Shown in pieces: positions 19,440-28,268 of a stretch of DNA of 64,000 nucleotides; position 1 is the first letter of the stretch; the number at the start of each line of letters is the position of its first letter. The position numbers and the translations under genes are program-made. The notes under the pieces were generated by a model. It did no database searches. It saw nothing but the letters and a program-made list of their open reading frames with translations, and was not told the origin of the DNA. This DNA comes from Terriglobia bacterium (lineage in GTDB: Bacteria; Acidobacteriota; Terriglobia; 20CM-2-55-15): positions 192,001 through 256,000 of the forward strand of contig CAXWPJ010000009.1 in assembly GCA_963664115.2 (NCBI GenBank). Direction: 5' to 3'.

Positions 19440-19539
19440 ACGCTTTCATCGGGCGTGTCCGGACGCGATTGCAACGGGCGCCGGCAGTGCCGCGGATCCG
19501 TTAGCCTGCGGTTCCACGGGAAAGAGGTATTGGAGACTC

Positions 19540-22062
19540 ATGGAACTGGACCTGGGATCCGTCGTACTTCTGCTCGCAGGACTCCTTCTCGCCTCCGCGC
19601 TGATATCGCTTCTCGCAGGCCGCACGGTGTTTCCATATACGGTCCTTCTGGTTGTCTTCGGCTTCGCTCTCCGCTTGATGTTCGCCGAATGGGAAGGCTT
19701 TGAATTTCTCGAATCGGAAATCGTCACGGAAATCGTATTGTTTGTTTTCCTGCCTACGTTACTTTTCGAATCCTCGTTCAATCTCGACTCCAAGCTTCTT
19801 TTCCGGAACATCGTTCCGGTACTGACCCTCGCGATCCCCGCCTTTCTTCTTTCGACGGCGATCGTGGGCTACCTCGGATCCTGGGCGCTGGGCATACCAC
19901 TCGCCACCGCACTTCTTTTTGGAGCACTTATCTCAGCCACCGATCCTGTGGCGGTCGTCGCTTTGTTCAAGGAACTTGGGGCCCCGAAGCGACTGATGGT
20001 GTTGGTTGAGGGTGAAAGCCTGTTCAACGACGCGACGGCGATCGTCCTGTTCAACGTACTGTTGGGAATCGTGGTGGGTGGAGCGGCGGCAACGCTGTCG
20101 CTGACCTCGGCCATCATCAACTTCCTTATCGTATTTATCGGCGGAATCGTTGTGGGCGCCATTATCGCTTTTACTTTTGCCCAGATCTTGTCTCTGGTGC
20201 GCGACAACGAGCTCGTTGAAATCACGCTGACGACGATAGTTGCGTACATGTCGTTCATCGTCGCCGAACACTACCTCCACGTTTCGGGTGTGATGGCGAC
20301 AGCAACAGCGGGCGTCATTCTGGGAGGGTGGGGGCGCACGAAGATTTCTCCATCTGTCGGCCATTTCATGCACTCGTTCTGGGAGTACCTCTCCTTTTTA
20401 GCAAATTCATTGATTTTCCTCCTTGTGGGACTCGTACTGAGCCCGGCCCTGATTCGCGACTCCTTCGTTGCGCTGCTTCTGGCGATACCCATCGTTTACT
20501 TTTCCCGTGCGTTCAGCATCGCCCTCGCAGTGCCTTTGGTCAACCGGACCCGGATGATCGAACCGATCGATATGCGGTATCGCCTGGTCATGTTCTGGGG
20601 GGGGCTCCGGGGAGCGTTGGCACTGGCGCTGGCCCTGAGCCTGCCACCGGACTTTGCAGCGAAGGAGTTGATACTGGTTTCTGCGATGGGCGTGGTCATG
20701 GCTACCCTGCTCGTCAACGCAGTGACCATAGGACCGCTGCTTCGAATGCTCGGCTTCGATCGACTCTCACCCGCTGAACTGTTTGCCCGATTCGAAAGCC
20801 TGCTGATGCTGAAGCGTGAGACCCGTTCCAAGCTGGGCCGCTTCGGGGAAGAAAGAGCGATCGCGCCCAGTATCGTCGACAGAGTCCGTACGAACTACCT
20901 GAACCGGGAATCACAGATCGAATCCGAACGCGAAGTATCGATGTCAGGCGAAAGTCAGCTCGAAGAGAAGGACCTTTTGCAGGTCGTGGCCCATCAGGCC
21001 CTGTGTGCCGAGAAGCAACATTATTGGGAAGAGTTCTATGAGGGCAATTTGCGCGAGACGGCCTACAAACAACTCATCCAGGACGTGGACTATCAGACCG
21101 ATCACGTTAAGGCATACGGCGAACTCCCAGAAACGTTCGAAGAGGCCGGCACCCGCGAGAGCACACTGGACCGCCTTCTCTACAAACTCGGGATATTCGG
21201 TTCCTACGTCCAGACGCGCAAAGTGAGTCAGATGGCGGACCGCTTCGAGCAGAACAGCGCGAAGGCCGCCGGCGCCCGTTCGGTAGGATCGCTGTTGGAT
21301 AGACTGCGCAAGGAAGAAACCATTGACGAAGACGCATATGCAGCGGTGCGTCACTACTATCAATCCCGTCACGACAAGGCACAACGCGAGCTGGCATCAA
21401 TGGCATCGGACTATCCCGAGTATGTCGAACGCACCCAGGAGTTCCTGCTGACGCGCAGTTGCCTCCACAACGAAGAAGCCACACTGAAAATGTTAAGGGA
21501 ACTCGGGCTCGTTCCCGATAATGTTTACCTCCAACACAAAGAAGAGATCCAGGATGGCCTCGCGCGGCTCCGCTCCCGGCCTGTTGAAACTCTGCAGCTC
21601 GATCCCTCGGCCTTGCTGGCTCAGATTCCTCTGTTCGAGCACTGCGGTAATAATGCTCTGCAGCGCGTGGCCGCGCTTCTCGAATCCGAGTCGTTTGCCG
21701 AAGGCGACCGGATCGTGCGGCAGGAAGAGTCGGGAGACTCGATGTACGTCATCGCCCGGGGTGCCGTGCAGATACTCAGGGAAGTTGAGAATCAAGCGCC
21801 CGATTTGTTGGCTATTCTGGTGGCCGGAGGATTTTTCGGAGAGATTGCCTTGCTCGCCGAGTCACCCCGAACAGCCACAGTGCGGGCGGCAAGCCCGTGT
21901 ACAATGCTGCGACTGCGTCGTCAAAATCTCGAATCACTGATGGATGCGACGCCTGACTTAAGAAGTTCGGTTCAAAGAGCTTACAAGGAACGCCTGGCTG
22001 TATTGGAATCCTTGGGGAATCAGGAAACCTCAGCCACTGAAGGCCACGCCTCTCCGGCATAG
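19540..22062 (+). CDS. CPA1-family cation/H+ antiporter with C-terminal cyclic-nucleotide-binding domain
   Basis: FLPTLLFE, ISATDPVAV, EGESLFNDA, WGGLRGA. CNBD FGEIALL...PRTATVRA. GGAG SD before the ATG at 19540. Confidence 0.92.
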   Translation: MELDLGSVVLLLAGLLLASALISLLAGRTVFPYTVLLVVFGFALRLMFAEWEGFEFLESEIVTEIVLFVFLPTLLFESSFNLDSKLLFRNIVPVLTLAIPAFLLSTAIVGYLGSWALGIPLATALLFGALISATDPVAVVALFKELGAPKRLMVLVEGESLFNDATAIVLFNVLLGIVVGGAAATLSLTSAIINFLIVFIGGIVVGAIIAFTFAQILSLVRDNELVEITLTTIVAYMSFIVAEHYLHVSGVMATATAGVILGGWGRTKISPSVGHFMHSFWEYLSFLANSLIFLLVGLVLSPALIRDSFVALLLAIPIVYFSRAFSIALAVPLVNRTRMIEPIDMRYRLVMFWGGLRGALALALALSLPPDFAAKELILVSAMGVVMATLLVNAVTIGPLLRMLGFDRLSPAELFARFESLLMLKRETRSKLGRFGEERAIAPSIVDRVRTNYLNRESQIESEREVSMSGESQLEEKDLLQVVAHQALCAEKQHYWEEFYEGNLRETAYKQLIQDVDYQTDHVKAYGELPETFEEAGTRESTLDRLLYKLGIFGSYVQTRKVSQMADRFEQNSAKAAGARSVGSLLDRLRKEETIDEDAYAAVRHYYQSRHDKAQRELASMASDYPEYVERTQEFLLTRSCLHNEEATLKMLRELGLVPDNVYLQHKEEIQDGLARLRSRPVETLQLDPSALLAQIPLFEHCGNNALQRVAALLESESFAEGDRIVRQEESGDSMYVIARGAVQILREVENQAPDLLAILVAGGFFGEIALLAESPRTATVRAASPCTMLRLRRQNLESLMDATPDLRSSVQRAYKERLAVLESLGNQETSATEGHASPA

Positions 22063-22075
22063 CAGGAGTCGATCG

Positions 22076-23752
22076 ATGGATACATTTAACTCATTCCTGA
22101 CGGTCATGAACAACGTGCTCTGGCACAACGTTGTGCTCTTCGTCATCCTCGGTCTCGGACTTCTGTTGACGGTATGGACGAAATTTGCTCCGATCGTTGC
22201 ATTCACCCACGGAATCGCCGTTATTCGAGGCAAGTTCGACGACAAGGACGACCCGGGTGCCATCAATCACTTCCAGGCCCTGTCCGCGGCACTGTCGGCA
22301 ACCGTCGGGCTAGGGAACATTGGGGGCGTCGCTCTGGCCATCTCCCTGGGAGGACCGGGCGCCGTGTTCTGGATGTGGGTCGTCGGCTTAGCGGGAATGG
22401 CCATCAAAACCACGGAAGTGACGCAATCCATGCTCTATCGGAACATGGCAGACCCGGACAATCCGCACGGCGGGCCCATGTTTGTCGTCAGCCGCGGTCT
22501 CGCCGAGATGAATCCCGCACTCAAGGGCCTGGGACGCTGGATTGGCTACATTTTCTGCCTCACGCTGATGGTATCGACCGTCACTGGCGGCAATATGTTT
22601 CAGGCCTGGAACGTGGGCAACGTGACCGCGTTAAACTTCGGCATTCCCTCGCTCTTGACGGGAATCGTGCTGGCAATCATCACCGGGATGGTGATTATCG
22701 GAGGAATTCAGCGAATCGGGGCTGTCGCCGGACGCCTCGTGCCGTTCATGTGCGGCCTCTACCTCCTGGCATCGGTCTATGTACTAATCTTGAACTTCAG
22801 CGCGATCCCCGGACTGTTTCGAATGATCTTTGTTTCCGCGTTCAGCCCGGTCGAGGCCCAGGGCGCGTTTCTGGGTGGAACTTTCGGCTATGCCTTTCTG
22901 CTGGGAATGCGACGGGCTCTGTTCTCGAACGAAGCAGGGCAGGGTTCCGCACCCATCGCGCACGCTGCCGCCCGCACCAACGAACCGGTTCGGGAGGGCA
23001 TCGTTGCAGGCTTGGGACCCTTTATCGACACGATTATCGTGTGTACGCTGACGGCACTCGTGATCCTGGCCAGTGGGGCGTGGAACCGCGGACCCGAAAC
23101 CGAATTCGAAAGCCCTCCCGAAATCGTAGAAGTCTCGCCGGGAGCGTGGACAATAGAAACTTCGGCGCTCGACTCGAACGTGGAATGGCAGGCCGGTCAG
23201 AACGTATTCGTGGTGATCGAAACGGGCATCCAGAATGAGCAGACAGGCGCAACGGTCGATCAGATTTCCGGCATAATCGTTACCTCCGGCGACACTTATG
23301 CCGTCGAATGGAACACATGGACTGGATCCCAAGCCCCCACCGTCAGCGGCTCCGGCATTTACATGAACTACACCGGCGCCAGCCTTACAAGTTATGCGTT
23401 CGATCGCGTCCAGCCGGGCCTGGGCCGTTGGCTCGTCACGCTGGCGTCCTGGCTGTTCGCGATATCGACGATGATCTCCTGGAGTTACTACGGGGAGCAG
23501 GGCATCATCTTCATGGCCGGCGCCAAGTGGGTCCGTACGTACAAATTTATTTACTGCCTGCTGATCATCGTGGCCACCTCGGGCTTCATCACGACCGACC
23601 AGCAACTCGACGGCCTGACCGGAATTGGGACCGCCGTCATGTTGTTCGCGAACATCCCTATCATCCTGATCTTCAGCCGACAGGCGATGTCGCACTATCA
23701 CGAATATCTCGGACGCCTGCGCTCCGGGGAAATGCGGCGGACCATTTCATAG
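22076..23752 (+). CDS. Alanine/glycine:cation symporter (AGCS) family
   Basis: ATVGLGNIGGVA, GGPGAVFWMW, GGPM, FSNEAGQGSAPIAHA, SWSYYGE. Confidence 0.95.
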   Translation: MDTFNSFLTVMNNVLWHNVVLFVILGLGLLLTVWTKFAPIVAFTHGIAVIRGKFDDKDDPGAINHFQALSAALSATVGLGNIGGVALAISLGGPGAVFWMWVVGLAGMAIKTTEVTQSMLYRNMADPDNPHGGPMFVVSRGLAEMNPALKGLGRWIGYIFCLTLMVSTVTGGNMFQAWNVGNVTALNFGIPSLLTGIVLAIITGMVIIGGIQRIGAVAGRLVPFMCGLYLLASVYVLILNFSAIPGLFRMIFVSAFSPVEAQGAFLGGTFGYAFLLGMRRALFSNEAGQGSAPIAHAAARTNEPVREGIVAGLGPFIDTIIVCTLTALVILASGAWNRGPETEFESPPEIVEVSPGAWTIETSALDSNVEWQAGQNVFVVIETGIQNEQTGATVDQISGIIVTSGDTYAVEWNTWTGSQAPTVSGSGIYMNYTGASLTSYAFDRVQPGLGRWLVTLASWLFAISTMISWSYYGEQGIIFMAGAKWVRTYKFIYCLLIIVATSGFITTDQQLDGLTGIGTAVMLFANIPIILIFSRQAMSHYHEYLGRLRSGEMRRTIS

Positions 23753-23801
23753 CAGACCGTGAGAGCAGTCTGTGGGTATACGGGAACGGGTATTTCGATA
23801 A

Positions 23802-23864
23802 GGGACGGACACTTCCTGCTACATCGTGACTTGACGACTGTATTTCCGATGAAGTGTCCGTCCC
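23802..23864. repeat. GGGACGGACACTTC inverted-repeat element, copy 1
   Basis: Perfect 14-bp arms at 23802-23815 and 23851-23864. Confidence 0.8.
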
Positions 23865-23874
23865 CTAAAGTCCA

Positions 23875-25431
23875 ATGATCTTTCGTAGTCCCCATCCTCC
23901 AGTCACCATTCCCAACGTTTCACTGGCAGATCTGATCCTGACTCGGGCCGCGGGTTTCGGCGACAAACCGGCTCTCATCGATGGGTTGACCGGCAGGAGC
24001 TACACGTTCACGGAATTCGTTGCCTCGGTGCGGCGTATTGCCGCAGGTCTGGCTGAGTTGGGGTTCAAGAAGGGCGATGTCCTGGCACTGATGTGCCCCA
24101 ACTGTCCCGAGTATGGAATGGTGTTTCTGGCCACGGCTCTGTTGGGCGGCATTAACACGACCTTAAGTCCGATATCGACCTCCATGGAGTTGGATTCCCA
24201 GTCCAGCGACGCCGGAGCCCGGTATCTCTTCACCACGCCCGAGGTGCTGGCTCGGACCGCGAGCAGCGCCACGAGAAAGTGGAAGCAGACGATCGTTTTG
24301 GGCGATGTTTCGGGCACCACTCCATTCGAAGCCCTGTTGGAATCCAAAACCGAAGCACCCCTTACCCCGATTAATCCCAGCGAAGACCTTGTCGTCCTTC
24401 CCTATTCCAGCGGCACCACAGGGATTCCGAAAGGCGTCAAGCTGACGCATCAAAACGTGGTCGCCAATCTACGACAGATCGCCACAGGGATATTTACCGA
24501 GGCCGACGTCATCGCCGGTTTACCTCCCTTTTTTCATATCTATGGCCTCACTGTCGTTCTCCAACTGGGGCTGTATTTAGGAGCGACCGACGTGGTCCTG
24601 CCCCGATTCGAGATGAACTCCTTTGTGGATAGCGTCGAGCGCTACCAGATTACGCACGTCAACCTTGTCCCGCCGTTGATCCTCTCGCTCGCAAAGCACG
24701 CTGCGCTCGAACCGAAACGGCTTGCGAGCCTGAAGACCGTTCAGAGCGGTGCCGCGCCACTGTCTCCGGAAACGGCGCGATCGTTCGCCGAGCGCTTCGA
24801 CTGTCGCGTCCTTCAAGGCTACGGTCTTACCGAAACCAGTCCCGTCACCCACCTGGCGAGACGGACGTCCCGAGACATTCCGATTGGATCGATCGGGCCT
24901 CCGGTCCCAAACACCGAGTGCCGCATACTCGACCTGGAAACGGGACGCGAACTCGGACCCGATCAGCGAGGGGAGCTTTTCATAAGAGGTCCTCAAGTCA
25001 TGCAGGGTTACTTGAACGATGCCGGTAAAACAGCCGGGATGATCGACTCTGAAGGCTGGCTGCGCACCGGAGACATCGCGTACACCGACGAGCAAGGCAA
25101 TTTCTACATCGTCGATCGCGCCAAGGAACTGATCAAGTACAAGGCCTACCCGATCGCCCCGGCTGAACTCGAATCCGTCCTGCTCTCCCACCCTTTGGTT
25201 CGAGACGCTGCAGTGGTACCAATCCCCGACGATACGGCCGGCCAGATACCGAAAGCTTTCGTTGTCGGCGAGAATTCGCTGGATGCGACTGAATTGATGT
25301 CCTGGGTGAGTGAACGCGTAGCGCCGTACAAGAAAATCCGTCAGATCGAGTTCGTTGAGGAAATTCCTAAATCCGCTTCCGGCAAGATACTGCGGCGCGT
25401 TTTGATGGAGCGTGGGGAAGTTAAGAGTTGA
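23875..25431 (+). CDS. 4-coumarate--CoA ligase-like AMP-binding enzyme
   Basis: YSSGTTGIPKG, PFFHIYG, QGYGLTET, GWLRTGD, PKSASGKILRR. Confidence 0.93.
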   Translation: MIFRSPHPPVTIPNVSLADLILTRAAGFGDKPALIDGLTGRSYTFTEFVASVRRIAAGLAELGFKKGDVLALMCPNCPEYGMVFLATALLGGINTTLSPISTSMELDSQSSDAGARYLFTTPEVLARTASSATRKWKQTIVLGDVSGTTPFEALLESKTEAPLTPINPSEDLVVLPYSSGTTGIPKGVKLTHQNVVANLRQIATGIFTEADVIAGLPPFFHIYGLTVVLQLGLYLGATDVVLPRFEMNSFVDSVERYQITHVNLVPPLILSLAKHAALEPKRLASLKTVQSGAAPLSPETARSFAERFDCRVLQGYGLTETSPVTHLARRTSRDIPIGSIGPPVPNTECRILDLETGRELGPDQRGELFIRGPQVMQGYLNDAGKTAGMIDSEGWLRTGDIAYTDEQGNFYIVDRAKELIKYKAYPIAPAELESVLLSHPLVRDAAVVPIPDDTAGQIPKAFVVGENSLDATELMSWVSERVAPYKKIRQIEFVEEIPKSASGKILRRVLMERGEVKS

Positions 25432-25500
25432 AAATCGAAAGTTCAGAACACCGGCACGAAACAAGGACTCCTAACTTGTCACCCGGTGTTTTCTCCTCGA

Positions 25501-26874
25501 TCATTGATCGAGGACCGGAACCTGTTCCAGAAATCGTGAATCCCGGGTGCCAAGCGCTCCGACAATCCGAATCGGCATATTCGAACGGATCCGCACGTAT
25601 CCCGATTGGAAAGTCTCGGGCAAAACTCTAGTGTGCTGACCCCTCGGAGAGAGCGATACTTCTTCCACTTCCATGACAGTGCCGTCGGCTTCTACGAACT
25701 CGATCGTGACTTCGGTCTGGACGGCCAGCAGTTCGTTGGGATTGGCGATGGCAAGCCCGGAGTAGTAGGTGCTCCCACCCAGAGCCAACGGAATGACCCA
25801 TGGACCCGCCGACGCAGGACCGATGGGGTATGACATCGACGACTGGGTAAAGGTCCCCTGTCCGATGGCGGCAACCTCCACGTTCCCGACCAGAGCAACC
25901 GCCTGGTTCTGGGAGTCGCGAATCCTTATGTACCCATCCACAACGGGAGCCGGGAAAATGGCGATCGTGACAACGCCAAACAGTTCCTGAACGTCACTGC
26001 GAATACCCTCGCCCGGTCCCAGCGTACGCTCGACCACTTCTCCGACAACATTTCCGGAACCGTCCTCAGCAATGAGTTCGACGGTGAGTGTTTCCTCAGT
26101 GGAATTGACGAGGTTCAGCGTCGATCGATACCCCCCGCCGAAAACGAAGAACGGAGCCAGATACAGACCTGTAGTCTCCCCCACAGCTTGGGCGTCCAGA
26201 ACGTTCGAGAAGAGCGGCGTCTCCACTCTCTGCCAGGCAACGACAGCGTCACCCGAGCTCAGGCGAAGGTAGCCTTCGAAGGCACGCCCCCCCGCACCGT
26301 TGTCGGGCAGGACATCGCTGAAGGCTTCAGAGATCTTCAACGTGACGTGCCTGTTGGCACCCAGAGTGATAGGGACGCTCCCCACCGAAACGCCGTCGAG
26401 ACCAATCAGTTCGAGCGTAACGCTGGCTGGAAAGAAACCTCCCGGCCTCGCAATCGTGACGAGGGTATCGGTGTGCCCCAACTCTTTGAAGCCCGTGTCC
26501 ACACGGACGTCGGGAAGGGTGAGTGACGTCGCGGGTAAAACAGGCTCAGCGATCGTGAGACGGTCCGGGTCTCCGTGAGCCAGAACGACGTCCACGCTTG
26601 AGCCACCGGAATCCACTCGGATCCAACCCGAATCCGGACGCACACCCCCGACAAGAATTTCTTCCAGCAGCAATGCACGTTGTTCACCTGCAACCAGAGT
26701 CACCTGCCCACCCAAGACGCTACCGGTGTCACCATCTGTCGCCGACACCTCGACGATGGCCGTCGAATTTCCTGAATTGACGAACGAAAGCCCGATGTAG
26801 TCGTTGGGACCTGTGTCGAAAAGAGGTAGAAAGCTCTGGAGCAGCAACGTCAGGAAAAGAGCCGGCATTGTCAT
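25501..26874 (-). CDS. Hypothetical exported beta-rich repeat protein
   Basis: N-terminal hydrophobic signal and about four repeated beta modules (GL...N, GW/YIR). The ORF-track start at 26892 lies inside the IS. Confidence 0.75.
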   Translation of the reverse strand: MTMPALFLTLLLQSFLPLFDTGPNDYIGLSFVNSGNSTAIVEVSATDGDTGSVLGGQVTLVAGEQRALLLEEILVGGVRPDSGWIRVDSGGSSVDVVLAHGDPDRLTIAEPVLPATSLTLPDVRVDTGFKELGHTDTLVTIARPGGFFPASVTLELIGLDGVSVGSVPITLGANRHVTLKISEAFSDVLPDNGAGGRAFEGYLRLSSGDAVVAWQRVETPLFSNVLDAQAVGETTGLYLAPFFVFGGGYRSTLNLVNSTEETLTVELIAEDGSGNVVGEVVERTLGPGEGIRSDVQELFGVVTIAIFPAPVVDGYIRIRDSQNQAVALVGNVEVAAIGQGTFTQSSMSYPIGPASAGPWVIPLALGGSTYYSGLAIANPNELLAVQTEVTIEFVEADGTVMEVEEVSLSPRGQHTRVLPETFQSGYVRIRSNMPIRIVGALGTRDSRFLEQVPVLDQ

Positions 26875-26878
26875 GCTA

Positions 26879-28030
26879 GTGGTCCCCGTCAAACAGACTG
26901 TACCTTATTGAGGCTCTTGCGAGCGCGTTGGACTTTTTCAAGGATGTCGGAAGCCTTAGCGGTCCAGATGAACGGCTTTGGATTCTGGTTATGGCCGGCG
27001 ACGTAGTTTTCCACGGCCCTTATTAACTCCGGAACAGAGCAGAAAACCCCACGCCGAAGCCGTTGTTCAGAAAGATCCCGGAAGAAGCGTTCAACCATGT
27101 TGAGCCAGGATGCGCTGGTTGGCGTGAAGTGCACATGAAATCGTGAGTTGCGCTTGAGCCAGTTGACGGCTTTCTGGTGTTTGTGCGTCGCATAGTTGTC
27201 GCAGATGATATGGATCTGCTTGTCTTTGGGCACGGAGCGTTTGATTGTATTGAGAAACCGAATCCACTCCTGATGCCGATGCTTGGGCATGCAGGTCCCA
27301 ATCACTGAACCGTCCAGGGTATTGAGCGCGGCGAACAACGTGGTCGTTCCATTGCGCTTGTAATCGTGGGTCATGGTGCCACCGCGCCCCTTCTTCAAAG
27401 GTAACCCGGGTTGCGTACGATCCAGGGCCTGCATCTGGCTCTTCTCATCGCAGGATAAGACGATGGCGTTTTCCGGCGGACTCAGATACAGACCGACCAC
27501 ATCCTCCAGCTTCTCGGCAAATTGTTTGTCGTTGGACAGTTTGAATGTGCGTGACAGATGTGGCTTCAGTCCATGGGCCCGCCAAATCCTTCCGACTGTC
27601 GCATCGCTGACTCCGGTCGCCGCCGCCATCAAAGACCGGCTCCAATGCGTCGCGTTGGGGGGCTTCTCTTCAATCGTCTTCTTCACGATCCGGGCCCGCT
27701 TCCGGGCGCTGATCGAGGGAATTCGTCCACTTCGGTGCGCGTCCTTTTCGATCCCTGCCAGTCCATGTCGCACAAAACGATCGCGCCATCGCCCGGCCTT
27801 CTGGCGCGTAATCTTCAGCCGGGCTGCGATATCCTGATTATTCAGCCCTTCGTCGGCCAGTAAGATAATTCGGGATCGTTCTGCCAACCGTACCGTCGTA
27901 CTCCGGCTTCGACTCAGTCGTTTCAATTCCTTGCGCTGTTCGTTATCCAATTCAATCGTTGCTGCTTTTCTCATACCTACATATGACGTTGGAAAAGCAA
28001 TTACGTTACATTAATTGTGATGGACTACAC
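26879..28030 (-). mobile_element. IS630-family element, copy C, TA duplication
   Basis: C-TA (26877-78) GTGGTCCCCG ... GGACTACAC TA (28031-32)-G. Confidence 0.95.
26889..27974 (-). CDS. IS630-family transposase
   Basis: 361 aa, DDE motifs as in copy B. Confidence 0.95.
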   Translation of the reverse strand: MRKAATIELDNEQRKELKRLSRSRSTTVRLAERSRIILLADEGLNNQDIAARLKITRQKAGRWRDRFVRHGLAGIEKDAHRSGRIPSISARKRARIVKKTIEEKPPNATHWSRSLMAAATGVSDATVGRIWRAHGLKPHLSRTFKLSNDKQFAEKLEDVVGLYLSPPENAIVLSCDEKSQMQALDRTQPGLPLKKGRGGTMTHDYKRNGTTTLFAALNTLDGSVIGTCMPKHRHQEWIRFLNTIKRSVPKDKQIHIICDNYATHKHQKAVNWLKRNSRFHVHFTPTSASWLNMVERFFRDLSEQRLRRGVFCSVPELIRAVENYVAGHNQNPKPFIWTAKASDILEKVQRARKSLNKVQSV

Positions 28031-28268
28031 TAGATATAGACGGGAGGATGCGTTTAGCGTTTACGTGATCGAGACAAAAGTTGTAAGGAATTGATCGACA
28101 ACCTGGAACCGCTGGGAGTGGCTATGCGGTTTGTGTCCCGGAATGGGACAGGCGCCGAGACGAAGTCACTTTCGCCCTGGCGCCTTGGATTTATTCTACC
28201 TACTACGTTGGTTGCTAAGGTACCAGCGCGATTCCTTCTGCCTCAGGGTCGTTCTGGTCTCCAGCTAG

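Noticed and set aside
19396-19539. N-terminal extension of the antiporter in the ORF track
   Set aside because: It overlaps the PII gene, and the ATG at 19540 has an SD and begins the first TM helix.
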